Source: Acholeplasmatales bacterium (GTDB taxonomy: Bacteria > Bacillota_I > Bacilli_A > Acholeplasmatales > Anaeroplasmataceae). From it: a stretch of DNA of 64,000 nt. The first letter of the stretch is position 1, and every line of letters starts with the position of its first letter. Positions 45,516-56,276 of the stretch are shown here, in pieces. The position numbers and the translations under genes were made by a program. Where the stretch lies: the NCBI GenBank assembly GCA_024698125.1, contig JAILRQ010000014.1, positions 2,679 to 66,678 on the forward strand, given 5' to 3'. The notes beneath the pieces were generated by a model. The model saw nothing but the letters and a program-made list of their open reading frames with translations, did not search any database and was not told the DNA's origin.

Positions 45516-48395
45516 TTATTCAAATATTTGATATTCTCCATCAACATAATGCCAGTAGTTATTACCATCGTCTATGTCAATTTCACTATAGTAATAAACA
45601 TTTCTCTCTATAAGTTCTTCATAATTATTAAGACTAAAATAATCATCTATACTTCCTTCATATAAAATCTTTGTTGATGCTGGTACTCCTTCAAATACCT
45701 TTTCTCCAAATCCCTTTATAGATGAGTTTATTACAATATATTCAAGAGATGTAAATCCAGAGAATGCTCCATATTCTAGATACTCCTGTGATCCTGTAAG
45801 CCAAATTGATTTAAGACTTGTTGGAGTATATAGAGTTGATGGATTAGCTGTAGATTTTGTGTATACACTTGCCTTAGCACTATTTGTAAACTCTGTAATA
45901 GAACCAAATAAGTTACCTAGAACAACGCAGCTAGTACTCTCTGATGTATAGCTTTCCCCTCCAGCAAATGGTATCTTTACACTCTTTATGCTTGAAAATT
46001 GTGCAAAGGCACTATTTTTAATAGACTCCGCATATTCATATATCACAAGAGTTTCTACACTACTACATCCAGCAAATGCTGCAAGCCCTATAGTATCTAC
46101 TGTTTCTAGGTTAAGTGATGTAAGTGAGCTACAGTTATAGAAAGCATAATCTTCAACTGTTGAAGCATATGAGAAATCTATTGTAGTAAGGGCTCTACAA
46201 CCATAGAATGCGTATTTTTCAACTATTGAAATTACCCCTGATGCAGTTGTTAGATTACTACAATTATAGAATGTATATTCATGTATTATACTAGTAGATG
46301 TTGGAATTGTAACCTCTTCTAGTCCTGTCATACCATAGAATGCATATGAAGTAATTGCTGTAACAGTTGATGGAATTATAGTTATATTACATCCATATAA
46401 TAATTCAGTATTTGATGTCTTAATAATAGCATTTGCTCCATTTCCTGAATTATATGATGTATTACCATCTGCAACAATTATACTATCAAGGGCAGTGCAT
46501 CCCCTAAATACCTGATTAGTAGATATTGATGTAACAGATGCTGGAATATATATTGCTTCAAGCTTTGAGCAATTAGCAAATGCCATTTGATAAATGCTCT
46601 TTAGTCCTTCATTTAATGTAATAGTCTTAAGACTATCACATTTACTAAATGCGTAATTCTTTATAGATACTAAAGTTGATGGTAATGTAATGCTTGAAAG
46701 ATTATTACATCCAGAGCATGTGAATAAAGCAATTGTTTGAATACCTTCTGCAAATGTTATACTCTTAAGTCCTAGATATCCATAGAATGAATATTCCATA
46801 TCTATATCTTCTAAATCATTAATTGTGGCGTTTTCTAGTAAGCTATAGGTATTGCCATTAAATGTATTAGCTCCACCCTCATCATAAAGGTATAAGCAAT
46901 TAGCACCACAGATAGGTGATGAATCAATACCTGTTCTATCAATAATCTCCCAATCATCTAAGCTTCCATCATAATAAACATTATTAATCGTATAGTTTGT
47001 GAATGCTCCTTTTTCTATTCTTGATACCTCCTTTGGGATAAAGATAGTATCAAGATCCATATTCATAAATGCTCCCTTTTGAATATATGTGGCATTAGTG
47101 ATTATTACATTCTTTAAAGATTCTGGTACATAATATGTTTGTGTATCTAAATTATATATCTGCTTACAAGCATATGAATAGCTTTGGCTTGTTGTACCAA
47201 AGATATATCCTAATGGATATTGAGTTTGTGTTGAAATAAAGTCAGAAGCACATATAATACCTCCAATAAATGGAGCTTTATATGTTACAAGATTTGAAGC
47301 CTCATTAAATGCTCCAGCTGAAATAGCTGTCACATAATCTGGTACAACAATTTCTGTAACAGTATTATCTACAAGTCCTGTAATAGTAAGTGAATAAGCT
47401 GTTGAGGTAAATATGAAGTTTGACATTTCTTCTTTAAGCTCATATTTAGCTACAATTTCTAATGACTTATCTGTAAATGTAAATGTTTCTGTTTCATTAT
47501 TTGATAAATATTCTCCATTTAGATACCATCCAAGGAATGTGTATCCTAAATAGTCACTCATATTTAATGTAAATGTATCTCCAAGCGCTATTTCATCACT
47601 ACTACTACAAACAGTATCTCCTACCATACATGAAATATATTCACAGCTATCAATATTTGAGCTATAGCTTACATGTAGGAATTTTGCTTCAAGCACAACA
47701 TTTCCAAAAAGAGATGAATCAATTGCTGTAATCTTTGTGTCTCCTAAATACCAACCCTCAAAGGTTGCTCCTTCAAGTGTTGGCTCTAAAAGATCAAAGC
47801 TAGTTGTTGTTTGGTATGATAATGGATTTGATTCATTATTAGTTGAACCATTTAGATTATAGGTAATTGTAAAATAATCCCAGTAGGCAACAAGGCTTAT
47901 ATTCTTTGTTGCGCCAAACTCATACTCAAGGCTTGATGAAACTAAAGTTGTACCATCATACCATCCTAAAAATTGGTATGATAGACTACTTGAGGCTAAA
48001 GCCTTTATAGTACTATTCTTATCAAATTCTTGTGATAGTGTATCACTATCATTTAGTGTAACACTACCTATTTCATTATTATATGATGAAATACTTACTG
48101 TATAGTTTTGAGCTTCTTCTGGTGTAGTTGTGGCACCTTCTGTTGATGAACTATCATCACTACTTCCATCATCAGTTGATGTAGAATCACTAGAAGCTGC
48201 TGTGTCCCCACTAGCTGTTGTGTCTTCGCTTGATGCTGTATCAGTTGAATCTGAAGATTCAGTTGTATCTGTTGTATCACTACTTTCAGTAGTATTAGTA
48301 TTATTACTACTTGTTTTAGTACCACATGATACAATAAAGCTCATTGAAAGAATTCCAACAAGCACTATTAAAAAAGCTTTAGCAATTTTTCTCAT
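45516..48395 (-). CDS. large surface lipoprotein: S/T/D-rich linker, Listeria-Bacteroides repeats, BspA-type LRRs
   Basis: Lipobox FIVSCG. Low-complexity region SSNNTNTTESSDTTDTTESSDSTD. FLGWYDG and FEGWYLG are Flg_new motifs. There are many F..C..L LRR_5 units. The start could be ATG 48395 or 48401. Confidence 0.8.
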   Translation of the reverse strand: MRKIAKAFLIVLVGILSMSFIVSCGTKTSSNNTNTTESSDTTDTTESSDSTDTASSEDTTASGDTAASSDSTSTDDGSSDDSSSTEGATTTPEEAQNYTVSISSYNNEIGSVTLNDSDTLSQEFDKNSTIKALASSSLSYQFLGWYDGTTLVSSSLEYEFGATKNISLVAYWDYFTITYNLNGSTNNESNPLSYQTTTSFDLLEPTLEGATFEGWYLGDTKITAIDSSLFGNVVLEAKFLHVSYSSNIDSCEYISCMVGDTVCSSSDEIALGDTFTLNMSDYLGYTFLGWYLNGEYLSNNETETFTFTDKSLEIVAKYELKEEMSNFIFTSTAYSLTITGLVDNTVTEIVVPDYVTAISAGAFNEASNLVTYKAPFIGGIICASDFISTQTQYPLGYIFGTTSQSYSYACKQIYNLDTQTYYVPESLKNVIITNATYIQKGAFMNMDLDTIFIPKEVSRIEKGAFTNYTINNVYYDGSLDDWEIIDRTGIDSSPICGANCLYLYDEGGANTFNGNTYSLLENATINDLEDIDMEYSFYGYLGLKSITFAEGIQTIALFTCSGCNNLSSITLPSTLVSIKNYAFSKCDSLKTITLNEGLKSIYQMAFANCSKLEAIYIPASVTSISTNQVFRGCTALDSIIVADGNTSYNSGNGANAIIKTSNTELLYGCNITIIPSTVTAITSYAFYGMTGLEEVTIPTSTSIIHEYTFYNCSNLTTASGVISIVEKYAFYGCRALTTIDFSYASTVEDYAFYNCSSLTSLNLETVDTIGLAAFAGCSSVETLVIYEYAESIKNSAFAQFSSIKSVKIPFAGGESYTSESTSCVVLGNLFGSITEFTNSAKASVYTKSTANPSTLYTPTSLKSIWLTGSQEYLEYGAFSGFTSLEYIVINSSIKGFGEKVFEGVPASTKILYEGSIDDYFSLNNYEELIERNVYYYSEIDIDDGNNYWHYVDGEYQIFE

Positions 48396-48544
48396 ATGCA
48401 TTTTCTCTCTTTCTCCAATATATCCAATCAATTTTAACATTTTATTTCCATAAAATCAAATATTGATACACAAATTCTAATTTTATTTTATTATGGGGAT
48501 TAAAAGTAAATAAAAAAGTGTCACTAGGTGACACTTCCTCATAT

Positions 48545-48997
48545 CTACTTCTTTACGATGAACTTAGGGTCCATAGCAGCGATTAGCTTTTGTCTAATCT
48601 CCTCTAGAACTGAATCAGCTGGCTCATATGCATGAGTGTTCATTTGGAAGATTCCTCCCCACTCATCTCCACCCTTATACTTAGGGCATAGGTGGAAGTG
48701 TAGGTGTCCTCCTGTATCTCCATAAGCTCCATAGTTGATCTTATCTGGGTTGAATGCCTTATGCATAGCTGTAGCTACTGCATTTACATCCTCGATAAAA
48801 TCACATCTATCCTCCTTAGATAGCTCAACCATCTCTGATACATGGTCCTTGTAAGCAACTATTACTCTTCCGTACTTAGTTTGCTCCTTGAATACATATA
48901 CATTAGAAGTCTTAGTCTCAAATGCAAAGTATCCAAATTTCTGATATAATGATGGATTCTCATCCTTCATACAATATGCGCAATTAATATCCTTCAT
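48545..48997 (-). CDS. HIT family protein
   Basis: Histidine triad GGHLHFHLCP. Confidence 0.8.
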   Translation of the reverse strand: MKDINCAYCMKDENPSLYQKFGYFAFETKTSNVYVFKEQTKYGRVIVAYKDHVSEMVELSKEDRCDFIEDVNAVATAMHKAFNPDKINYGAYGDTGGHLHFHLCPKYKGGDEWGGIFQMNTHAYEPADSVLEEIRQKLIAAMDPKFIVKK

Positions 48998-49065
48998 ATT
49001 TAAATATCTCCTTTATCTATTTTATTTTATTCTTTTTTACAATATTATTCAATATTATTTATAAT

Positions 49066-49087
49066 AAAAAAATCCCTTACGGGATTA
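49066..49087 (-). terminator. rho-independent terminator after the dGTPase-like gene
   Basis: Minus strand reads atccc-gtaa-gggat followed by ttttttt. Confidence 0.65.
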
Positions 49088-49168
49088 ATTTAATAAATGA
49101 AACAATTAAGCTTCCTCTAATAAGATACCTATATTATATCACAAAAGTTTAAATTGTAAAGACTATAT

Positions 49169-50449
49169 TTACTTTTTGCTAAAAGGCTTTGTTAGCTTTT
49201 TAATCTTATGATCGGCATAACCATCAGTCATTTTAGAGATATCAATTGCAACACTTCTAACATAAGTTCTACCTATCTTTATAAAATCTTTTCTATCATT
49301 AATACTATATTTTATACTTGACTGTTTTTTACCTATTTCATAAATAGTCCTTAACATTTCCTTGACAAAGGAATTAATTAATTCTTTCTCTTTTTCTTTA
49401 TCATTTGAATTATTATTTATTATTATATCTATTCTATCTCGTAGTTTATCACTTAGACTAACATACTTTATTCTTTCAATAAAATCAATTAATAAATCAT
49501 TCGATTCTAATGGATTCTCAAAATAGTATGCATATAATTGTTCAATATACGCTTCTTTAATTTGATCATGAATCCTAATTTTATTGTTGCTTCTAATGAG
49601 GTTACTTCTAACCATATCAAAGTTTTTTATCATTTTGATAAAATTTGAATTCTCATAGTTTTCTTTTTTATTATCAGATGAATAATCTTTAACAAAACTA
49701 TCTATTAATATATTAGCAGCTAATTTAGCTTTTTCACGCATATCTTTTTCGTTTATTTGTCTAAAAATCAAACAACCATCAAGATCAGATTCTTTGTTTT
49801 CTCCTTCGCAAGTCTTCAAATCAATATAATCAGATGAAACTTGGGCTATTTCATCTGCAAATGATACAATCAGTCCTTCATTAGTACCAGGATTGCTATC
49901 ATACTTTATGTCAAACTGATTATTCCCTTTCATTCCTGAAACTACATATCTAAAACCATAGTCAAGATCATCTTGATTCTTATAATAAATTGCAGTATGT
50001 TTCATAACTCCATCACAAACCTTACATTCAAAATCTGTAATTTCTTTCTTATGAACAACTAAATACTCTTTATATAATAATCCAGAATTAATATTATGCT
50101 TAAATCCACATGCTATACCTAGTTCTTTAAAATTAACATCATCAAATAACTTAGTTTCTCCAGAGCATATATTATGAAGTGTTCGTTCTCCAATATGACC
50201 ATAAGGTGTATGTCCTATATCATGCAACAGGGCAATATTTGAGATTAATGTCTCATCCAATTTTTGAACATTTATATCTGAAGCATATTCTTCTTTTAAT
50301 CTTTTAACTATTGCTATTGCTATATCGTTCACCTCAAGAGAATGCATCAATCTAGTATGATAATGATCATCTGCAAGACTACTAAACATTTGTGCCTTAT
50401 TTCTTAATCTATTAAAAAGCTTCATTGTATATATATCAAAATAATTCAT
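49169..50449 (-). CDS. dGTPase-family HD-domain dNTP triphosphohydrolase
   Basis: FNRLRNKAQMF...HTRLMHSLEV...LLHDIGHTPYGHIGE matches the Dgt family N-terminal signature. 426 aa. It starts 22 nt after the dinB stop, with SD AGGAAAAG. Confidence 0.75.
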   Translation of the reverse strand: MNYFDIYTMKLFNRLRNKAQMFSSLADDHYHTRLMHSLEVNDIAIAIVKRLKEEYASDINVQKLDETLISNIALLHDIGHTPYGHIGERTLHNICSGETKLFDDVNFKELGIACGFKHNINSGLLYKEYLVVHKKEITDFECKVCDGVMKHTAIYYKNQDDLDYGFRYVVSGMKGNNQFDIKYDSNPGTNEGLIVSFADEIAQVSSDYIDLKTCEGENKESDLDGCLIFRQINEKDMREKAKLAANILIDSFVKDYSSDNKKENYENSNFIKMIKNFDMVRSNLIRSNNKIRIHDQIKEAYIEQLYAYYFENPLESNDLLIDFIERIKYVSLSDKLRDRIDIIINNNSNDKEKEKELINSFVKEMLRTIYEIGKKQSSIKYSINDRKDFIKIGRTYVRSVAIDISKMTDGYADHKIKKLTKPFSKK

Positions 50450-50471
50450 ATTCTTTTCCTAACTCTTTTCT

Positions 50472-51671
50472 TTATTCTTCTTTTTTATCCTTTAAATCAA
50501 CACCCTTTGTAATAAAGGTATCTCCATATTTATTTTTAAACTCCTTGATAATATCGTTAATATTATCTTCCTTCTCTAATATAGACTTCCAAGTAAATAG
50601 ATTATACTCTAATGCGAGATCACTACTCTTCATAAGATTAGAATATCCAACTCCAATAAGCCTATATTCCTTCTCCTTGAAGTTATCATATAACAAATCC
50701 TCTATTACATCATTTATTTCATATAGGTCATCAGTATAATCTATAGTCTTACTTCTTGTGATAGTTTTAAATTCACTATCACGAAGAGTAATAGAGATAG
50801 TCTTTGTAAGATAATCCTGCTCCTTTAAATCCTGATGTAATCTTTTAGCCATATTTTTAAGCTCTATTAAAATATCATCATAATCAAATAGGTTTTGATC
50901 ATATGTTTGGGATGTAGAGATGCTCTTAGAATCCTCATATCTTTGAGGATCTACTATATTTGAGGAATGTCCTGTTAGGGCATTCTTAAATGATTTAAGC
51001 ATTCTATCACCTATAACATCCCTAACCTTATCCTCATTATCTGGATTCATGAAATCTCCAATAGTTTTTATTCCTACCTCAACAAGCCTTGGGGCAGTCT
51101 TCTTTCCAACACCATAGATATCAGCGACATCTAGTGGATATAGGATATCCTTTATCTCTCTTATTCTTAAGACTGTAATACCAAGTGGCTTTTTAATATC
51201 TGATGCCATTTTGGCTAAAAATAGAGTTGGTGCTATTCCTATAGAGCATGGTAGATGTAGCTCCTTTACAAGACGGAGCTGAATCTCCTTAGCTACCTCT
51301 ATAGGATTTCTTTTCTCACTTATTTCAGTCATATCGGCATATACCTCATCAATAGAGGCTACCTCTATTGTTTTAGTATATTCCATTATAAGATTTTTAA
51401 ATAATCTATGATATTTCTTATATTCCTCAAATTGTGGGTTTACAACAATTAAAGATGGGAGTAGTCTATATGCCTCAATAAGTGGCATAGCACTATGAAT
51501 ACCATACTTTCTTGCTTCATAGGATGCAGTTGATACTACACCCTTCATAGAGTTTTCCCTACCTACTGCAAATGCCTTACCCTTTAAAGAAGGATTTTTT
51601 ATGACCGCTACAGAGCAGAAAAACATATTCATATCAATATGGAAGATTATTCTTACATTACTATTTTTCAT
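50472..51671 (-). CDS. dinB: DNA polymerase IV (Y-family)
   Basis: IFHIDMNMFFCSVA, SIDEVYADMT, and a GVGKKTAPRL HhH motif. Confidence 0.9.
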   Translation of the reverse strand: MKNSNVRIIFHIDMNMFFCSVAVIKNPSLKGKAFAVGRENSMKGVVSTASYEARKYGIHSAMPLIEAYRLLPSLIVVNPQFEEYKKYHRLFKNLIMEYTKTIEVASIDEVYADMTEISEKRNPIEVAKEIQLRLVKELHLPCSIGIAPTLFLAKMASDIKKPLGITVLRIREIKDILYPLDVADIYGVGKKTAPRLVEVGIKTIGDFMNPDNEDKVRDVIGDRMLKSFKNALTGHSSNIVDPQRYEDSKSISTSQTYDQNLFDYDDILIELKNMAKRLHQDLKEQDYLTKTISITLRDSEFKTITRSKTIDYTDDLYEINDVIEDLLYDNFKEKEYRLIGVGYSNLMKSSDLALEYNLFTWKSILEKEDNINDIIKEFKNKYGDTFITKGVDLKDKKEE

Positions 51672-51751
51672 AAAAATTCCTCTTTCAATTTCAAATTTTA
51701 TAGTATATAATGAATATATCGTAGTAAACGAAATAACATTATTTAAAGTAG

Positions 51752-51934
51752 GTGACTATCTTGGCAAATAAGAATGAGGTACAAGAGAAAAAGGAAAATA
51801 AGGGAAAGGTATATCATAACCCACTTCAAACAGTTTGGGGTAAGATACTTATTTGGACATTATCTCTTGCAATGGTTTTAGGAATTCTAATTGCATTAAT
51901 TTGGAACATTGTTGAAAACTTTGGACAAGTATAA
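51752..51934 (+). CDS. small single-TM protein (start uncertain: GTG 51752 or TTG 51761)
   Basis: Lys/Glu-rich N-terminus then the TM helix ILIWTLSLAMVLGILIALIW. SD AGGTGA fits the TTG start. Confidence 0.3.
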   Translation: MTILANKNEVQEKKENKGKVYHNPLQTVWGKILIWTLSLAMVLGILIALIWNIVENFGQV

Positions 51935-51941
51935 TTGATTT

Positions 51942-51967
51942 AAAAGGAGCATTCAAGCTCCTTTTTT
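51942..51967. terminator. bidirectional terminator (also serves recN)
   Basis: aaggagc-attcaa-gctcctt followed by tttt. Confidence 0.7.
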
Positions 51968-53645
51968 ATTGCTTAAGCATTTCCTTTGCCACCTCAATAA
52001 AGTGAGATGATAGGGTGTTTCCACCAATCATCTTGGCAATCTCCTCTACTCTTTCATCCATGTTTAAGGCCTTAATCTTTGTAGTAGTTCTTCCATCCTT
52101 ATATGACTTAGATATAAGGAGCTGATTATCGGCCTTAGAGGCAACGCTTGGAAGATGTGTGATACATAAAACCTGTGAATATTCTGAAATACTCTTCATC
52201 TTCTTTGCAATCTCTAGAGCGGCGTTACCACTAACTCCTGTATCTATTTCATCAAATACCATAAGTGATAGGTTAGCCTTCCTTGCAAAATATGATTTAA
52301 ATGCTAGCATGATTCTTGAAAGCTCTCCACCAGATGCAGTCTTATGTAGTGGCTTTAAAGGCTCACCCTTGTTTAATGAAATCATGAAGCAAACACTATC
52401 AATTCCACTATCAAGGAAGATTGAATCATCCTTAATATCCTTCTTTTCTACCTCATTAAACTCTACCTTAAAGCTACAATCCTTTAAATCAAGATCCTTA
52501 CATTCAGCCTCAATTGCCTTTTCAATTAGCTTGGCATTCTTTCTTCTTATATTAGATAAGGCCATAGCCTTGGCGAATGCGTCATCATAAAGCTTTGAAA
52601 GATTTTTATTCTTTTCTTCTATAACAGAATCAAAATCCTCATTTAAGGCTATCTCCATCTTAATATCTGCAAGCTCCTTTAAAAGCTCATCAAGATTCTT
52701 TTTATATTTAGCCTTACAATCCTCTATAGCCTTTAAATCATCCTGAAGCTTATTAAGCTCATCCTCATCAAAGTCTAGGGAATCTATAGCCTTATAGATT
52801 GTAGATTTAGCCTCAGTAAGATTTGAGTAGGCGTCAAATATAATATCTGCCTGCTCCATATATTCCTTATCATAATCTCTTATATCATCAAGTGCCTTAT
52901 AGGCATTGTAGATATTATCTAGTGAGAAATATTCACTTTCCATATTTTGATAAGCCTCATTAAGTGATTTAAATATCTTATCATAATTTGAAAGCTTGGA
53001 TATTTTCTCTTCTATTTCAATATCCTTTCCAGGATATAAATCTAAAGCCTCTAGCTCATCACGCTCAAAGATTAAAAACTCTAATCTTTCCTGTGATGAC
53101 TTATGTCTCTTCATTATATCTAAAAGCTCCTTTAAAGCTCCCTTATATTTTGATAATGAAATAACATAGGCGTTATATGAATCCTGGAATGCCTTATCCT
53201 CCTTTGAATCAATAAAGGAAAGATAGGTATCAGGATTAATTAGCCTAAAGGTATCATGCTGTACATGAATATCTGCAAGATATAATGCGATGTTTTTTAA
53301 GGCCTGCTGTGTAACTGGGGTATCATTTACCTTTATTACATTACGGCCTGAGGTTGAAATCTCACGGTATATTGTAAGAGAGTCCTCACTTTTAATTCCA
53401 AGAGAGTCAAGAATATCATTTATATTAGGGTTCTTATAATCAAATACTCCCATAATATAAGCCTTACTCTCTCCATAACGTACCATATCAGAATCAGCAC
53501 GTGCTCCAAGTAGGAGTGAGATTGAGTCAATAATAAGTGATTTACCTGCTCCTGTCTCTCCACATAGTACTGTCATATGGTCACTAAAATCAATAGTTAA
53601 ATCTTCAATTATCGCAATATTTTTAACAGATAATCTTTTAAGCAT
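51966..53645 (-). CDS. recN: DNA repair protein RecN
   Basis: Walker A GETGAGKSLIIDS, long coiled coil, signature ASGGELSRIMLA, Walker B MVFDEIDTG. Confidence 0.92.
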   Translation of the reverse strand: MLKRLSVKNIAIIEDLTIDFSDHMTVLCGETGAGKSLIIDSISLLLGARADSDMVRYGESKAYIMGVFDYKNPNINDILDSLGIKSEDSLTIYREISTSGRNVIKVNDTPVTQQALKNIALYLADIHVQHDTFRLINPDTYLSFIDSKEDKAFQDSYNAYVISLSKYKGALKELLDIMKRHKSSQERLEFLIFERDELEALDLYPGKDIEIEEKISKLSNYDKIFKSLNEAYQNMESEYFSLDNIYNAYKALDDIRDYDKEYMEQADIIFDAYSNLTEAKSTIYKAIDSLDFDEDELNKLQDDLKAIEDCKAKYKKNLDELLKELADIKMEIALNEDFDSVIEEKNKNLSKLYDDAFAKAMALSNIRRKNAKLIEKAIEAECKDLDLKDCSFKVEFNEVEKKDIKDDSIFLDSGIDSVCFMISLNKGEPLKPLHKTASGGELSRIMLAFKSYFARKANLSLMVFDEIDTGVSGNAALEIAKKMKSISEYSQVLCITHLPSVASKADNQLLISKSYKDGRTTTKIKALNMDERVEEIAKMIGGNTLSSHFIEVAKEMLKQ

Positions 53646-53650
53646 TAGGC

Positions 53651-54412
53651 CTACCCCCTATGTGCTTCCTGCACAATACTTCTATAATTTAGCTTTATAG
53701 TTTTTCTTTTAGAAATAACAGATATAAACTCAATGTTTCCACTTCCACCCTTAATAGGAGATGGTGCAAGCTTATTTATATAAAGCCCCATACCCTCTAG
53801 GAAATCTGAAACCTGATTTAATACCTTTAAGTGAATTGATTTATCCTTAATAACTCCCTTACCAATCATCTTACCAACCTCAAACTGAGGCTTTATAAGA
53901 CAGATTAGTGAGTTATTATCATCAAGAAATTTAACAATTCCTGGAATAACATGCTCAATAGATACGAAAGATACATCCATAACTAGATAATCAAACCTAG
54001 ATGTTGTGTTAAAGTCTAGGATGTTGGTGTTTTCAAAAAGGACTACCCTAGGATCCTCTCTTAGAGAGGGATGCATTTGATCACATCCAACATCAACAGC
54101 ATATACAAGCTTAGCACCATTTTGTAATGCACAATCTGTAAATCCTCCTGTTGATGATCCAATATCTAGTATTGTTTTTCCATTAAAATCAATTCTAAAC
54201 TTCTCTAAGGCACCAGCAAGCTTATATCCACCTCTTGATACATACTTAAGTGCATCAAAGGCTACCTCAACCTTATCAGTATCTGATACATCATATGATG
54301 GCTTATCACATACCTTACCATTTACTAAAATGGAATGAGCCTTAATAGCCTGTGCGGCTTTATTACGTGATTCAAATGATAGATTTAAAACTAGGTACAA
54401 ATCAATTCTCAT
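53651..54412 (-). CDS. tlyA: TlyA family rRNA 2'-O-methyltransferase
   Basis: N-terminal S4 domain (RIDLYLV...SRNKAAQAI). FtsJ-type motif ILDIGSSTGGFTDCAL. Confidence 0.85.
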   Translation of the reverse strand: MRIDLYLVLNLSFESRNKAAQAIKAHSILVNGKVCDKPSYDVSDTDKVEVAFDALKYVSRGGYKLAGALEKFRIDFNGKTILDIGSSTGGFTDCALQNGAKLVYAVDVGCDQMHPSLREDPRVVLFENTNILDFNTTSRFDYLVMDVSFVSIEHVIPGIVKFLDDNNSLICLIKPQFEVGKMIGKGVIKDKSIHLKVLNQVSDFLEGMGLYINKLAPSPIKGGSGNIEFISVISKRKTIKLNYRSIVQEAHRG

Positions 54413-56276
54413 ATAACTTCTTTAATCCTTCTAAAATATCCTTGTCTCCTAGTCCATAGTTATCTAAAACCTTATCTACCTCACCAAAGCGTATTATAGT
54501 GTCCTCACTTATATTAATAGCGCTAACCCTTGATGTTTTACTAAATTTATTTTTAAATTCTACTATTTTCTCATATAATGAGCCACTTTTTATAGCCTGC
54601 TCATAGACAAGTATTGGCTTTTCAGAGTCAAATAGCTCTGAAAGCATATCACAATCCATTGGTCTTATAAATCTAGCGTTTATAAGAGTAATGGATAGAT
54701 TATTTTCAATAATAATATTCTTTATTCTTGTAACATCTGGTCCATATGTAATACAGATTCCAACATTACCATCTAAAACCTTAACCCATGTTTTAGAGAT
54801 ATCTTGGATTTCTGCATCAAGATTACAAATATCACTACGCTTAGCGTAACGAATAGCTATAGGGCCATTATGGTTCATAGCATACTTAAGCATCTCTCTT
54901 GTCTCACGACCATTAGATGGCATTAGTATTTCCATATTTGGCATGCTTTGAAGCATGGCAATATCATAAATACCCTGATGTGTTGAACCATCTGGTCCAA
55001 TAACACCACATCTATCAAGACCAATCACAACATTGGCATTTTGTCTTGCGATATCATTAAGTACAAAATCATAGGCACGCTGAAGGAATGTAGAATAATA
55101 AAGTACTACTGCCTTCTCTCCTGCTCTTGATAGAGCAGAGGCTAGTACTGCACCATGCTCCTCTGAAATACCAACATCAAGAATAAAATCAGGATATGTC
55201 TTATTATATTCCTTAATGCTATCTCCTAAAATCATTGCAGGGTCAATTATAGTAAATGGCATTTCTCCTCTTAGCTTATATAATGTTTTTAGGACAATAT
55301 CAGTATATGTATATTCTCCTTCAAGAAGGCTCTTCTTTGGAAGACCTGTCTTAATATCAAATGGAGCTACATTATGATATTTACCTGAATTATCATTATA
55401 GGCAGGTAAATATCCCTTACCCTTTTCTGTAATGATATGGATTACAAGAGGTCTTTTCATCTTCTTAGCTCTCTTAAAATCTCTTATAAGCTCAAATAAA
55501 TTATTACCATCATATGGTCCAAAATAATCATATCCTAAGGCTGAGAAAATATTATCAGATTGAATAAAGGATTTAAATCCATTATTAATCTTATGGAAGA
55601 AGTTTCTAACTGGGACTATTGTAATCATTTTTACAAATCTCTTTAATCCTCTTGTAAATGCGTTACTTCTTAATTTATCAAGAGAGCGGTGGAATGAACC
55701 AACAGTCTTTGATATACCCATCTTATTATCATTTAGGACAATAATAGGCTTAGCTTTACCATTTTTAGAGCTTAAATTATTAAGCGCCTCAAAGGCTACA
55801 CCTGAGGCTATAGCTGAATCTCCTATTACCGCAACACAGTCTCCAATAGACTCATTTCCATGATCCTTTGCACGCAAAAATCCCTCTAATGCACTAATAG
55901 AGGTAGAGCTGTGCCCAGATTCCCAGGCGTCATATAAACTTTCCTTATAGTCAGGATATCCACTAAGCCCTCCAAACTTTCTAAGCTTTTTAAAGTCCTT
56001 AGCTCTTCCTGTTAAAATCTTATGTGTGTATGTTTGATGTCCTACATCAAAAATTAGCTTATCGTTAGGCGAAGAGAAAACATAGTGTAGAGCTACCTCT
56101 AGCTCTACTACTCCAAGGTTAGAGGAAAGGTGTCCACCAGTTTCTGAGACATTTTCTAGAATGAATTTTCTAATGTCCTCACATAAAACCTTAAGCTCCT
56201 TCTTTGATAGAGTTTGAAGGAACTCTGGACCCGTAATTTCCTCTAAATTAATGTGCTTAGTTATCTTCCTTGACAA
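54402..56276 (-). CDS. dxs: 1-deoxy-D-xylulose-5-phosphate synthase
   Basis: GGHLSSNLGVVELEVALHYVF, GHSSTSISA and a GDSAIASG TPP motif. 624 aa. Confidence 0.92.
   Translation of the reverse strand: MSRKITKHINLEEITGPEFLQTLSKKELKVLCEDIRKFILENVSETGGHLSSNLGVVELEVALHYVFSSPNDKLIFDVGHQTYTHKILTGRAKDFKKLRKFGGLSGYPDYKESLYDAWESGHSSTSISALEGFLRAKDHGNESIGDCVAVIGDSAIASGVAFEALNNLSSKNGKAKPIIVLNDNKMGISKTVGSFHRSLDKLRSNAFTRGLKRFVKMITIVPVRNFFHKINNGFKSFIQSDNIFSALGYDYFGPYDGNNLFELIRDFKRAKKMKRPLVIHIITEKGKGYLPAYNDNSGKYHNVAPFDIKTGLPKKSLLEGEYTYTDIVLKTLYKLRGEMPFTIIDPAMILGDSIKEYNKTYPDFILDVGISEEHGAVLASALSRAGEKAVVLYYSTFLQRAYDFVLNDIARQNANVVIGLDRCGVIGPDGSTHQGIYDIAMLQSMPNMEILMPSNGRETREMLKYAMNHNGPIAIRYAKRSDICNLDAEIQDISKTWVKVLDGNVGICITYGPDVTRIKNIIIENNLSITLINARFIRPMDCDMLSELFDSEKPILVYEQAIKSGSLYEKIVEFKNKFSKTSRVSAINISEDTIIRFGEVDKVLDNYGLGDKDILEGLKKLYEN

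Noticed and set aside
48095-48453. ORFs 48095..48334(-) and 48130..48453(+) in the S/T/D-rich region
   Set aside because: These are alternative-frame and antisense readings of a low-complexity repeat inside the lipoprotein gene.
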